DNA of 64,000 nt from Chitinophagales bacterium. GTDB lineage: Bacteria; Bacteroidota; Bacteroidia; Chitinophagales; BACL12. Shown here in pieces: positions 36,646 through 45,453 of this stretch. The stretch is from the NCBI GenBank assembly GCA_041751015.1, contig JBGSYF010000017.1, positions 68,913 to 132,912 of the forward strand, given 5' to 3'. The translations under genes were made by a program, and so were the position numbers. The stretch's first letter is position 1, and each line of letters begins with the position of its first letter. The notes below the pieces were generated by a model. That model had not been told where the DNA came from. It saw only the letters and a list, made by a program, of their open reading frames with translations, and did no database searches.

Positions 36646-37608
36646 ATGGCTACTCAAGCAGCATCGATCGGCATTCCGGTTGTCGATCTGGCCCAATTCC
36701 AAAAGCCCTCTTCCAAAGCGGAATTTGTTAAAGCACTGGGAAAGGCCTATGAAGACGTTGGCTTTGTGGCCGTGACCAATCACGGCATAGACCACGATCT
36801 GGTGGAGCGTTTTTACCATCAGGTCAAGGCCTTCTTTGGCATGAACCGGCCGGCCAAAAAGAAGTATGAGATTGAGGAGCTGGCTGGTCAGCGCGGCTAC
36901 ACCAGCTTTGGGCGCGAGCACGCAAAAGGCAGCGAGGCTCCCGATCTGAAAGAGTTCTGGCAGTTTGGTCAGCCCGGCAATGGCGAGCCCCTCGACCCGG
37001 CCGAATACCCCGACAATCTGGAGGTTGAAGAGCTGCCCGAATTCAACCGCACCGGCATTGAACTCTACCGCAACTTTGAACGCAGCGGCCGATTGCTTCT
37101 CCAGGCCATCGCTCTGCATCTGGGTCTTGATGAGCACTACTTCGACCCGTGCATAGACAACGGCAACAGCATTCTGCGGGCCATTCACTACCCGCCCATC
37201 ACCGAAGAACCCAAGAGCTCTATCCGCTCCGAGCAACACGAAGACATCAATCTGATCACCCTGCTGGTCGGCGCTTCTGCCGATGGTTTACAGGTGCTCA
37301 ACATGCAGGGCGAATGGGTTCCGGTCAATACCACGCCGGAGATGATTGTGGTCAATGTCGGCGACATGCTGCAAAGGCTGACCAATGGCCGATTGAAGTC
37401 CACCACCCATCGCGTGGTCAACCCACCCCGCGAACTCTGGCACACCTCCAGGCTCTCGGTGCCCTTCTTCCTGCACCCGCGCTCTGAATTTCCCCTCAAT
37501 TGCCTCGAGTCCTGCATTGACGGGCAACACCCCAAACAGTTTGAGGACATCAGCGCCGGAGCCTACCTGCGGGAGCGCTTGATTGAGATCGGGTTGTTGA
37601 AGGCTTGA
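36646..37608 (+). CDS. 2-oxoglutarate/Fe(II)-dependent oxygenase (isopenicillin N synthase-like family)
   Basis: IPVVDLAQF N-terminal motif, facial triad H-E-D in EQHEDINLITLL plus STTHRV, and the 2OG-binding RLSVPFF. Confidence 0.85.
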   Translation: MATQAASIGIPVVDLAQFQKPSSKAEFVKALGKAYEDVGFVAVTNHGIDHDLVERFYHQVKAFFGMNRPAKKKYEIEELAGQRGYTSFGREHAKGSEAPDLKEFWQFGQPGNGEPLDPAEYPDNLEVEELPEFNRTGIELYRNFERSGRLLLQAIALHLGLDEHYFDPCIDNGNSILRAIHYPPITEEPKSSIRSEQHEDINLITLLVGASADGLQVLNMQGEWVPVNTTPEMIVVNVGDMLQRLTNGRLKSTTHRVVNPPRELWHTSRLSVPFFLHPRSEFPLNCLESCIDGQHPKQFEDISAGAYLRERLIEIGLLKA

Positions 37609-37664
37609 GGAAAGGCAGTTGACCGAGATCGGGCTGCTGAAGTCTTGCAGCAGGAGCTTGCCGC

Positions 37665-38612
37665 TTAACCGCGAAAGACGTGTTCATTGTGCCACTCGAT
37701 GAATCGCGTCTGAGGCTGTTGAAGCAGGTCATGAGGCAGAATTTTTAGGTCCTGCCCGTGGAAGCGGTAGTACTCACGGCCATTTTCAAATTCCTCTCTG
37801 ATGCGTTTGCTGACTTCCACCTTGTATTCCCGTTTGAAGGTGAGGTAACCCGAATCGTAGAGTTTATGCAAATCTGCCCTCAACAGAATACCGTTGGCCA
37901 GTTGATGGGGTCCTGAATCGGCATAGGGTTTGATGTGGGCGGCTTCCAGTACCGGCAAGGTCTTCTCGCCGGTTATGGAACATCTGCGCTGATAGGCATC
38001 GGTTAATTGCACGCGAAAAGCGCCCTGACCTATCCTGACCTTGGTGAGATAGCGCCGCTCGTACTCCGTGGCCGGTTCATCGACCACCATGCTATCTTTT
38101 GACGCCGCGAGTTGATCGAAAAAGCGGTAGCGCTGAAGCGTCTCCTCAACCTGTTTCCAAAGGGCCGCACCATCCGGGCTGCGCGCATCATAGGATTTGC
38201 CGCTCACTATGCTCTTCCCCCAGGTTGATGGAGTCTCAATCCAATCCTGCTGGCGGAAAAAAACGGGATCCGTCAATACAATACAACCTACATTCGAATT
38301 TTCCTCGTATCTGTTCTTTGCCTCACGGTATTTCGCGATGATGTTTTGAAAGGAGCTTAACGTAGATACCCCATTTCGCATACCAAAAATGTCCCAGGCC
38401 AAACTCAAGGGCAGGATGCTGTGCGACGAGTAGAAACCCATTCCCGCAATAGCGTTGTAGGGTGACTTGAGCTTGAACAAAAATGGCTCACCTTGTTGAA
38501 GAACTCTAAAGGCAGTCTTGCCCCCTGGCTGCCAGAAATTGATGTCCTCGTGCTCCTGTTGAGACAGATTGGAGTACCACTCAAAATCGGTTACACCGAC
38601 ATAGAATTTCAT
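37665..38612 (-). CDS. HNH endonuclease (HNH_2 type) with an unidentified ~180-aa N-terminal domain; candidate type IV (modification-dependent) restriction enzyme
   Basis: C-terminal RIGQGAFRVQLTDAYQRRCSITGEKTLPVLEAAHIKPYADSGPHQLANGILLRADLHKLYDSGYLTF is the HNH_2 core. The N-terminal MKFYVGVTDFEWYSNLSQQEHEDINFWQPGGKTAFRVLQQGEPFLFKLKSPYNAIAGMGFY is beta-rich. Start at ATG 38612. GC is clearly lower than the neighbours. Confidence 0.75.
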   Translation of the reverse strand: MKFYVGVTDFEWYSNLSQQEHEDINFWQPGGKTAFRVLQQGEPFLFKLKSPYNAIAGMGFYSSHSILPLSLAWDIFGMRNGVSTLSSFQNIIAKYREAKNRYEENSNVGCIVLTDPVFFRQQDWIETPSTWGKSIVSGKSYDARSPDGAALWKQVEETLQRYRFFDQLAASKDSMVVDEPATEYERRYLTKVRIGQGAFRVQLTDAYQRRCSITGEKTLPVLEAAHIKPYADSGPHQLANGILLRADLHKLYDSGYLTFKREYKVEVSKRIREEFENGREYYRFHGQDLKILPHDLLQQPQTRFIEWHNEHVFRG

Positions 38613-38616
38613 GACA

Positions 38617-39675
38617 TCATCGTGTTTCGTACTCCGGTTCAGCTCCCTCCAGCACCAAAACAAAAGGATCAAAGACCTGACTTAAATATATTTTATCCTT
38701 ATATCTAAGTGCGGTAGCTGCTCCGCTGATGGTTTTGCCCCGGTCGGCATAGATCAGTTCAGCGGGGGAAGGGCCGCGGGAATCTACCCGCCATACTTCT
38801 ACGGGTGAGGAGCGCTTTGCGGAGCCGGCATGGCGCACAAAAGCCAGGATACTGGGATGACCGGGCACCAGCAGATGATGCCCGTCCCAGCGCAGATTGT
38901 CTGCCCCGCGAACTTTGGCCAGCTCCTGGCGCTCGCTGAGTTGCGCGCTTGCTGGGTCCCAACGGTAGCTGAAGATGCGGTTCTGTCGGGTGGTGGCCAC
39001 AAAGACGTCCTGAGCGCGGGAACAAATACCATTGGCATAAGCCAGGTCATCGGCGGCGACGGACCACTGCCCGCTCTGTGCTGAACGCGCGACAACGTTG
39101 GAGCGGCGGCGCTTGAACAGCGCCTCGGTATAACTTCCGCGTTTGCCCGAATCATTGGTTACCAAAACAGTGCCATCATCCAAAACGCTGAGCGCATTCG
39201 GAGAAACCAACAGCGGATCGCTCCAGCGCTCGCTGAAGAGCAGATGTCCGCTGTGCACCTCGTAGAGCAATACCTCGTGCAAATCCCGCTCATCGTCGTG
39301 GCTGATCACATAGAGCATGGCCTGGGCAGTGCTGTTTTCGGGGGCGGCACTGATGTCAATTCCATGCGGATGAAAGGCCAGGTCGGCGGGCTCAGCTTGT
39401 CTGGGCAGCTCACGCGGAGTCTGACTTTCCAGATCAATTGCCCAGATTCCGGCTTGAGCAGGCTCCCCTTTGCGGCGGGCATCGCAGGAAACCAGGAGTC
39501 GGGCATTTTGGCCAAAGGTATCCAGCAGCAGATCCTCTGGTCCGGCACCCACAGGTATCTGGCGACTGGACCAGTTGTATGGGCTGTTGGGCGTGCGGCA
39601 GGAGTTGCAGAAGCTGGTAATCAGCAGCGCGGTGCTTATGAGCACTGTGGCCTTTCGAACAGAAGATCCTGTCAT
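38617..39675 (-). CDS. paraoxonase/arylesterase-like six-bladed beta-propeller lipoprotein
   Basis: Lipobox LITSFCNSC. FHPHGIDISAAPENSTAQAMLYVISHDDERDLHEVLLYEV resembles the PON/SMP-30 core segment. Start at ATG 39675, 4 nt after the upstream stop. Confidence 0.5.
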   Translation of the reverse strand: MTGSSVRKATVLISTALLITSFCNSCRTPNSPYNWSSRQIPVGAGPEDLLLDTFGQNARLLVSCDARRKGEPAQAGIWAIDLESQTPRELPRQAEPADLAFHPHGIDISAAPENSTAQAMLYVISHDDERDLHEVLLYEVHSGHLLFSERWSDPLLVSPNALSVLDDGTVLVTNDSGKRGSYTEALFKRRRSNVVARSAQSGQWSVAADDLAYANGICSRAQDVFVATTRQNRIFSYRWDPASAQLSERQELAKVRGADNLRWDGHHLLVPGHPSILAFVRHAGSAKRSSPVEVWRVDSRGPSPAELIYADRGKTISGAATALRYKDKIYLSQVFDPFVLVLEGAEPEYETR

Positions 39676-39679
39676 GAGC

Positions 39680-42600
39680 TTAGTGACGGAGCAGTTTGAC
39701 CGTGCGGGATTGTCCCTGGGCATCCACCTCAAGGAAGTAAAGTCCGCTTGGTTGTTGGGCGAAAGAGAGCCGCGCTGACCCAGATGGCTCCTGGCTCTCG
39801 GCGATCAATTGTCCCATGGCATCGTAAAGTCGAACCCGGTAGCTGGCCTGACCCGGCAGAGTGGGCAATTGTAGGTGCAACTCATCGCGCATGGGCACCG
39901 GTCCATAGGACCAGCCCTGTACCCAAGTGGCCGTCATTCCGGTGCTGATATAAGTAAAGGCCTCTGAGAGTGTGCTACATCCCGCATCATTGAAGACTTC
40001 TACCGTATAAAGGCCATCTCCTTCAGGCAGGAGGAAAGGCTGCGTCTCTCCGGGCAGCAAGACGCCATCCCGATACCAGCGATAACTGAGTAGAGCGCTT
40101 GCGCCTGTGCTGAGCAGTAAACTATCCCCGCTTTGCACCAACAGGGGAATCTCGGGATGCTCAGCGACTTCCACGGTCACCGTGCGGTTCTCCAAATGCC
40201 CCAGACCATCATTGAATACTACAGTGTATGTAGTGGTGCTTGCCGGGCTGGCCACGGGATTGGGACAGTCTGTACAACTCAAACCCGCCGCCGGACTCCA
40301 GGAATAGTGCAGTGCACCGGAAGCCTCCAGCGCAAGGCTGTCACCCGCGCAGATCACGGCGTCCAGACTCAGTTCCGGTCTGAGATACGAAGGCGTAACA
40401 TCGGCCAGATCCAGGCTGAGCAAAGAACGCCCGTGCGTTCCGGCCAGCAATTTCCCCAGTCGGGTATCCAGTTCGATGTCATAGACATTGACCACCGGCA
40501 TGCCACTGCCCAAACGGCTCCACGAAGTCCCCAGATCAAGGCTGTAGTAAACACCGCCATCATTCCCAACAAACAATACAGAATCGTTTCCTGGGTAGAT
40601 CTGCATGTCGTTGATTCCCAGATCGGGAAGGTCACCCGCTATAGGCTGCCAGGTGTTGCCACGGTCCTGACTGTAGTGAATCAGCGGACTGAAATCATAG
40701 CTCTTGTAAGCGCTATGCGTCACGATGACTACGTCACTGTTTATATGCGAACATTCAACATCTGTTATATAGCGATTGGGCAATCCCGCATCTATGGTGG
40801 TCCAGGAAGCACCCGCATTATCGCTGCGGCTCAGCCGCCCATCTGAGGCACCGGCGTAGAGCAATCCCTCGGTCACATAGCTCTCCCGAATGGAGGTCAG
40901 GTTGTGAAAGCGCGGGTCGGTCAGAACGCCCTTGGTTAAATCTCCACTCAAAGAGGTAAAAGTAAACAGGGGCGCCTCGGCCTTGTGCATGCGATAGGTA
41001 CCCGCATAGAGTTTTCCCGGGTCATGGGGCGAAAGGATATAGGGCATGTCCCAGCTTCGCCGATCGAAGAAGGGCAGCGTGGAGGTCAGCCAGTCAAACC
41101 AGAAGCCACCGTCGGTGGAATGCCAAATCTCCCCGTTCTGGGTCTCTACAAAGATGTTGTTGGCATCTATAGGATCAAACTCCGTGTGAAATCCGTCCCC
41201 GCCAAAGATCCTTTGCCAGAATTCCGGCGCAATGCCGCTACCCCGGCTGGTGCCGTTGTCCTGAGAACCGCCCCAATAATCGCGGCTTGCGTGGGGGTTG
41301 ATTTTAATGTGATAAAACTGCGTATTGGGGATGTTGTCGGCCCTGGTCCAGGTGGAACCGCTGTTGGTGGTTCTGTAGAGGCCTCCATCTGTGGCCAGCA
41401 GCGCTTCGGTGGAACTGAGAAAGACCAGATCGTGCTTGTCGGCATGCACATTCCAGTCGGTGGTCATGTTGTTCCAGGTTGTACCATTGTTCAGCGTTCT
41501 CCAAAGATTGACCCCGCAGACCCAGACCTGACCGGGCAGAAAGGGATTGAAGCGCACCTTGGCAAAGTACCATCCAAAGCCGCCCATGGCCGAGCTGCTG
41601 TTCAAGCCGCTGACATTGTAGGGCACCCAGGTATTCCCGCCATTGATGCTCTCGTAAACCCCCTGGGTTTCCATATCCGTGCCGATGTACTGGGCGATGA
41701 GGTGATTGGGATTGCCCGGCTCCTGGTCCAGTCCTATCCGGCACTGCGGACCAGCAGGAAGCCCTGCACTTAGGGTGGTCCAGTTGTCCCCGCCATCGTT
41801 TGTGCGACGGATGATGGCTCCCGGACCATACACCATGGTATAGTAAGTGCTGCGCAGACGGTCCCAGCCCGCTGCCCAAACCCGATCGGGGTCAAATTCG
41901 TCTATGAGAAAATCACAAATACCCGTAGAGTCTGAGATGTGCAGGATCTTGCTCCAGTTGTCACCGCCGTCGGTGCTCTTGTACAATCCCCGGTTGCCAT
42001 CTTTTTCGAAAGGCTGACCCATGGCGCCCACATAGATCAGGTTGGAGTTGAGCGGATGCACCCTGACCCGGGATATGATGCGGGTTTCACTCAGACCCAG
42101 ATTCGTCCAGGTGGCTCCGGCATCCGTGCTGCGATACAGACCGTCGCCAATGAAGGGATAGCCGCTCACGTTAGGGTCGCCGGTGCCCGCATACACGATG
42201 TCGGGGTTGTTGGGATCCAACTCTATATCGCCGATGGGCAGAAACAACTGATCATCAAAGATCGGAAACCAGTTACTGCCTCCGTCAGTGGTCTTGAAGA
42301 TTCCACCCGAGGCGCAGCCTACATAGATTATGTTGTGGTCGCTGGGGTGAACGGCGATGGTGTTGATCCGCCCGCCGATATTGGTTGGACCTTCGAGTTC
42401 CCATGCCGCACCGCCCCCGCGGGCCGTCGAGCCCTGCTTCAGTGCCCTGGCATCGGCCTGGGCTTGTTGCAGGCCCCTGCTGAGCACTTCAACAGACAGC
42501 TCCCCATCGGGCCAGCTCCGGGTTTGGAAATAGTGCTCAGCCGGTGCGTGCTTCTTGTTCAGCTTTGCCATTCCGGGGGCAGTTTCGGAGGCTGCTGGAG

Positions 42601-42709
42601 CTACTTGAGCAACTTTCGAGCCCTGATCATTTCCCCGCTGAATCATCCATCCCCCTGCCAGCAACACTGCCAGCAGGGCGGGTATTCCGAGTAGTTTCAA
42701 TCGCGACAT
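39680..42709 (-). CDS. BNR/Asp-box (sortilin-VPS10 / glycosyl-hydrolase-like) repeat protein with T9SS type A CTD
   Basis: About ten Asp-box motifs (TDGGSNW, STDAGATW, STDGGDNW, TNDGGDNW, SINGGNTW, TNSGSTW, SDNAGASW, SQDRGNTW, SLDLGTSW). C-terminal ...YRVRLYDAMGQLIAE...GLYFLEVDAQGQSRTVKLLRH. Confidence 0.8.
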   Translation of the reverse strand: MSRLKLLGIPALLAVLLAGGWMIQRGNDQGSKVAQVAPAASETAPGMAKLNKKHAPAEHYFQTRSWPDGELSVEVLSRGLQQAQADARALKQGSTARGGGAAWELEGPTNIGGRINTIAVHPSDHNIIYVGCASGGIFKTTDGGSNWFPIFDDQLFLPIGDIELDPNNPDIVYAGTGDPNVSGYPFIGDGLYRSTDAGATWTNLGLSETRIISRVRVHPLNSNLIYVGAMGQPFEKDGNRGLYKSTDGGDNWSKILHISDSTGICDFLIDEFDPDRVWAAGWDRLRSTYYTMVYGPGAIIRRTNDGGDNWTTLSAGLPAGPQCRIGLDQEPGNPNHLIAQYIGTDMETQGVYESINGGNTWVPYNVSGLNSSSAMGGFGWYFAKVRFNPFLPGQVWVCGVNLWRTLNNGTTWNNMTTDWNVHADKHDLVFLSSTEALLATDGGLYRTTNSGSTWTRADNIPNTQFYHIKINPHASRDYWGGSQDNGTSRGSGIAPEFWQRIFGGDGFHTEFDPIDANNIFVETQNGEIWHSTDGGFWFDWLTSTLPFFDRRSWDMPYILSPHDPGKLYAGTYRMHKAEAPLFTFTSLSGDLTKGVLTDPRFHNLTSIRESYVTEGLLYAGASDGRLSRSDNAGASWTTIDAGLPNRYITDVECSHINSDVVIVTHSAYKSYDFSPLIHYSQDRGNTWQPIAGDLPDLGINDMQIYPGNDSVLFVGNDGGVYYSLDLGTSWSRLGSGMPVVNVYDIELDTRLGKLLAGTHGRSLLSLDLADVTPSYLRPELSLDAVICAGDSLALEASGALHYSWSPAAGLSCTDCPNPVASPASTTTYTVVFNDGLGHLENRTVTVEVAEHPEIPLLVQSGDSLLLSTGASALLSYRWYRDGVLLPGETQPFLLPEGDGLYTVEVFNDAGCSTLSEAFTYISTGMTATWVQGWSYGPVPMRDELHLQLPTLPGQASYRVRLYDAMGQLIAESQEPSGSARLSFAQQPSGLYFLEVDAQGQSRTVKLLRH

Positions 42710-42831
42710 GAGGTGGTATATTCCTTAAATGTAGTGCAAATATGCCCTCTGAGCAAGCCGGCAAGGCAGATGAAAAGGCCAGTGCGCCAAGCTATGCGTC
42801 TGCGCCGCCTTTCGAACCGTTCAAGAAAAAC

Positions 42832-43590
42832 TCAGCGGGAACCCGCGCTGAACTGCTTGAGCATGCGCACCTCTTCGGGTTTTAACCAGCGCCACTTGCC
42901 TCGGGGAAGGTCTTTCTTGGTGAGCCCGGCATAGACTACCCGGTCCAGCTTAACCACCTCGTAGCCAATGGCTTCAAACATGCGCCGGACAATGCGGTTG
43001 CGCCCGCTGTGCAGGGCCACACCAACCTGGCGGTGGTCGCTGTAGTCGGGAAAGGCGATGTCGTCCAGTTGAACAGGGCCGTCTTCCAGGGTGATGCCCT
43101 CGCGCAAGCGCTCCAAATCGTCCTGTTTGAGACCCTTGTCCAGGGTAGCTGAGTAGATTTTCTCCACTTCATAGCGCGGGTGCATCAGGCGCTCGGCCAA
43201 ATCCCCATCATTGGTCATCAGCAGCAGACCACTGGTGTCGCGGTCCAGCCTGCCCACCGGATAGATGCGCCGATTGCCCGCCTTTTGCACCAGTTCCATG
43301 ACAGTGCGGCGGCCTTTTTCATCGGAGGTAGTGGTGAGGAAACCCCTTGGTTTGTTGAGCAAAACATATATGAATCGCTCTGGTTTCAATACTTTGCCGC
43401 GATAACAGACTTCGTCAGCCGGTCTAACGCGATGGCCCATCTCGCGAACCACCTGGCCGTTGACGGTCACCTGCCCGCTGGCGATGATCTCATCGGCTTT
43501 GCGGCGTGAAGCCACCCCGGCGTGAGCCAGGTAGCGGTTTAGGCGCATGTCGTCCTGCCCTTCTGTCTGGCCACCGGATGCTTTGGACAT
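42832..43590 (-). CDS. rluB: 23S rRNA pseudouridine synthase, RsuA/RluB family
   Basis: S4 domain LNRYLAHAGVASRRKADEIIASGQVTVNG and the catalytic motif YPVGRLDRDTSGLLLMTNDG. Confidence 0.8.
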   Translation of the reverse strand: MSKASGGQTEGQDDMRLNRYLAHAGVASRRKADEIIASGQVTVNGQVVREMGHRVRPADEVCYRGKVLKPERFIYVLLNKPRGFLTTTSDEKGRRTVMELVQKAGNRRIYPVGRLDRDTSGLLLMTNDGDLAERLMHPRYEVEKIYSATLDKGLKQDDLERLREGITLEDGPVQLDDIAFPDYSDHRQVGVALHSGRNRIVRRMFEAIGYEVVKLDRVVYAGLTKKDLPRGKWRWLKPEEVRMLKQFSAGSR

Positions 43591-43630
43591 AGGGTTAGAG
43601 GATTAGATCAAATACTTTAAATCAAGGCGC

Positions 43631-44542
43631 TCAGGTCGAAGGGGATTCGCGGGGCTCTTCTTCGGGCTGCTCGTCCTCTGCTTGCGTTTCGTCCGATTGC
43701 TCGTCCTCCGCTTGCGCTCCATCCGGTAGAGGATCTTCCTCCTCGGGCTCTTCGTCAACGAATAGTTCTTCTTCGGGCTCCTCTTCAGGGGCGGGCTCTT
43801 CGGCAGCGAGCTCATCTTCAGCGGGCTCATCTTCAAAACCTGATTTCTCTTCAAGCTCAGGCTCTTCCTCGGAATCGTGCTCCGCGCTGATCGATGCCTC
43901 CTCAGCGGGCTCCTCCCCGGGCTGATCTTCCCGTTCCAACTCCGGCGAAGGAATATGCTCGTCCAGCATCTCCGCCGGCACGCCAATGCTGTCGCCGCCC
44001 TCCTCAAACTCGCGGAGCTTGGGCAACTCATCCACCGAATTGATGCCGAAATAGTCCATGAAAGCGGGAGCTGTTGAGTACAACAGTGGCTTGCCGGGGC
44101 TGTCTGCCCTTCCGGAGATGATGATCAGTTCCCGCTCCAGCAGTTTCTGGATGGAATAGTCGCAGTTAACCCCACGGATGTTTTCGATCTCCGTCTTGGA
44201 GATGGGCTGCCGATAGGCGATGATGGCCAGGGTCTCCATGGCCGCGGTGGAAAGGCGGCGCTTGGACTTGATGTTGAGAAAGGTGGAGACCGAAGGATGG
44301 TATTCCTCCTTGGTCAAAAAGCGATATCCCCCCCCGGTCTTTACAATGCGAAAGGGGAAGAAATCTTCATCGTACTTGACCAGCAATGCTTCGAGATGAT
44401 TGAGCACCACATGGGTGTCCAGCTCCAACTCCAGCGCCCGGTTCAGCGAGGCCACCAGATCGGCTACCGGAACCGGGTGATCCGAAGAGAAGATAATGGC
44501 TTCAATATGGCGATCGAGATCATGCACTGCAACAGCCCTCAC
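43631..44542 (-). CDS. scpB: segregation and condensation protein B with a long acidic C-terminal tail
   Basis: IEAIIFSSDHPV and AAMETLAIIAYRQPISKTEIENIRGVNCDYSIQKLLERELI (winged-helix pair). The last ~120 aa are E/D/P-rich. Confidence 0.85.
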   Translation of the reverse strand: MRAVAVHDLDRHIEAIIFSSDHPVPVADLVASLNRALELELDTHVVLNHLEALLVKYDEDFFPFRIVKTGGGYRFLTKEEYHPSVSTFLNIKSKRRLSTAAMETLAIIAYRQPISKTEIENIRGVNCDYSIQKLLERELIIISGRADSPGKPLLYSTAPAFMDYFGINSVDELPKLREFEEGGDSIGVPAEMLDEHIPSPELEREDQPGEEPAEEASISAEHDSEEEPELEEKSGFEDEPAEDELAAEEPAPEEEPEEELFVDEEPEEEDPLPDGAQAEDEQSDETQAEDEQPEEEPRESPST

Positions 44543-44547
44543 GGATT

Positions 44548-45444
44548 TTAACCCTCGGACAGAGCCGCGGCTCCGCTGACGATCTCGGTGAGCTCCGTAG
44601 TAATGGCGGCCTGACGGGCGCGGTTGTAGGAGATGCGCAGATCTTTGAGCAGCTCTCCGGCATTTTCAGTAGCCTTGTCCATGGCCGTCATGCGGGCACC
44701 GTGCTCGGCGGCATTGGAATCGAGCAGGTAGCGAAAAAACTGGGTGTTGAGGATGCGGGGCACCAACTCAGCCACCATGGTTTCGCGATCGGGCTCAAAG
44801 ATGAACTCGGTCTGGGTCTTGTTTGCCTTCTCCTGGCCAACTTCCTCAAGTTGTTTAATGGGCAGGAATTGCTCGGTGCTCAGCACCTGAGTAGCGGCGT
44901 TCTTAAAGCTGTTGAACACCACGTCAATCCGGTCGTACACCCCTTCGGCAAAGACGGCCTTGAGGTAGTCTGCGGCCCGAGTGGATTCTTCATAGCTCAG
45001 CTTGCTGAACATCATCGAAAAATCCTTGACCAGCGGAAAGTCCAGGCGGCCAAAAGCATCGGCTGATTTCTTGCCTATGGGCATGACGTGCACCTCGCCC
45101 CTGGCGTACTGAGCGGCGTACTGGGTCTTGACCATCAACTTGACCTGCTTGACCACGTTGGCATTGAAGCCCCCGCAAAGGCCGCGATCAGAGGTAATGG
45201 CAACGATGAGCACCTTGTTGACCGGGCGCTCTTCTGCCTGGGGAATGTCCACTTCGCCCTTGGTGGCCTCGGCAAGATTGGCCAGAATGCCCGTCATCTT
45301 GACGGCATAGGGCCTCATACGGATGATAGCATCCTGTGCTTTGCGCAATTTGGCGGCAGAAACCACCTTCATGGCCTTGGTGATCTGCTGGGTAGAGGTA
45401 ACCGAGCTGATCCTGGTGCGAACTTCCTTTAGCTTGCCGGACAT
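44548..45444 (-). CDS. atpG: F1 ATP synthase gamma subunit
   Basis: MSGKLKEVRTRISSVTSTQQITKAMKVVSAAKLRKAQ and the C-terminal ARQAAITTELTEIVSGAAAL. Confidence 0.95.
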   Translation of the reverse strand: MSGKLKEVRTRISSVTSTQQITKAMKVVSAAKLRKAQDAIIRMRPYAVKMTGILANLAEATKGEVDIPQAEERPVNKVLIVAITSDRGLCGGFNANVVKQVKLMVKTQYAAQYARGEVHVMPIGKKSADAFGRLDFPLVKDFSMMFSKLSYEESTRAADYLKAVFAEGVYDRIDVVFNSFKNAATQVLSTEQFLPIKQLEEVGQEKANKTQTEFIFEPDRETMVAELVPRILNTQFFRYLLDSNAAEHGARMTAMDKATENAGELLKDLRISYNRARQAAITTELTEIVSGAAALSEG

Positions 45445-45453
45445 TGTAGGTGC

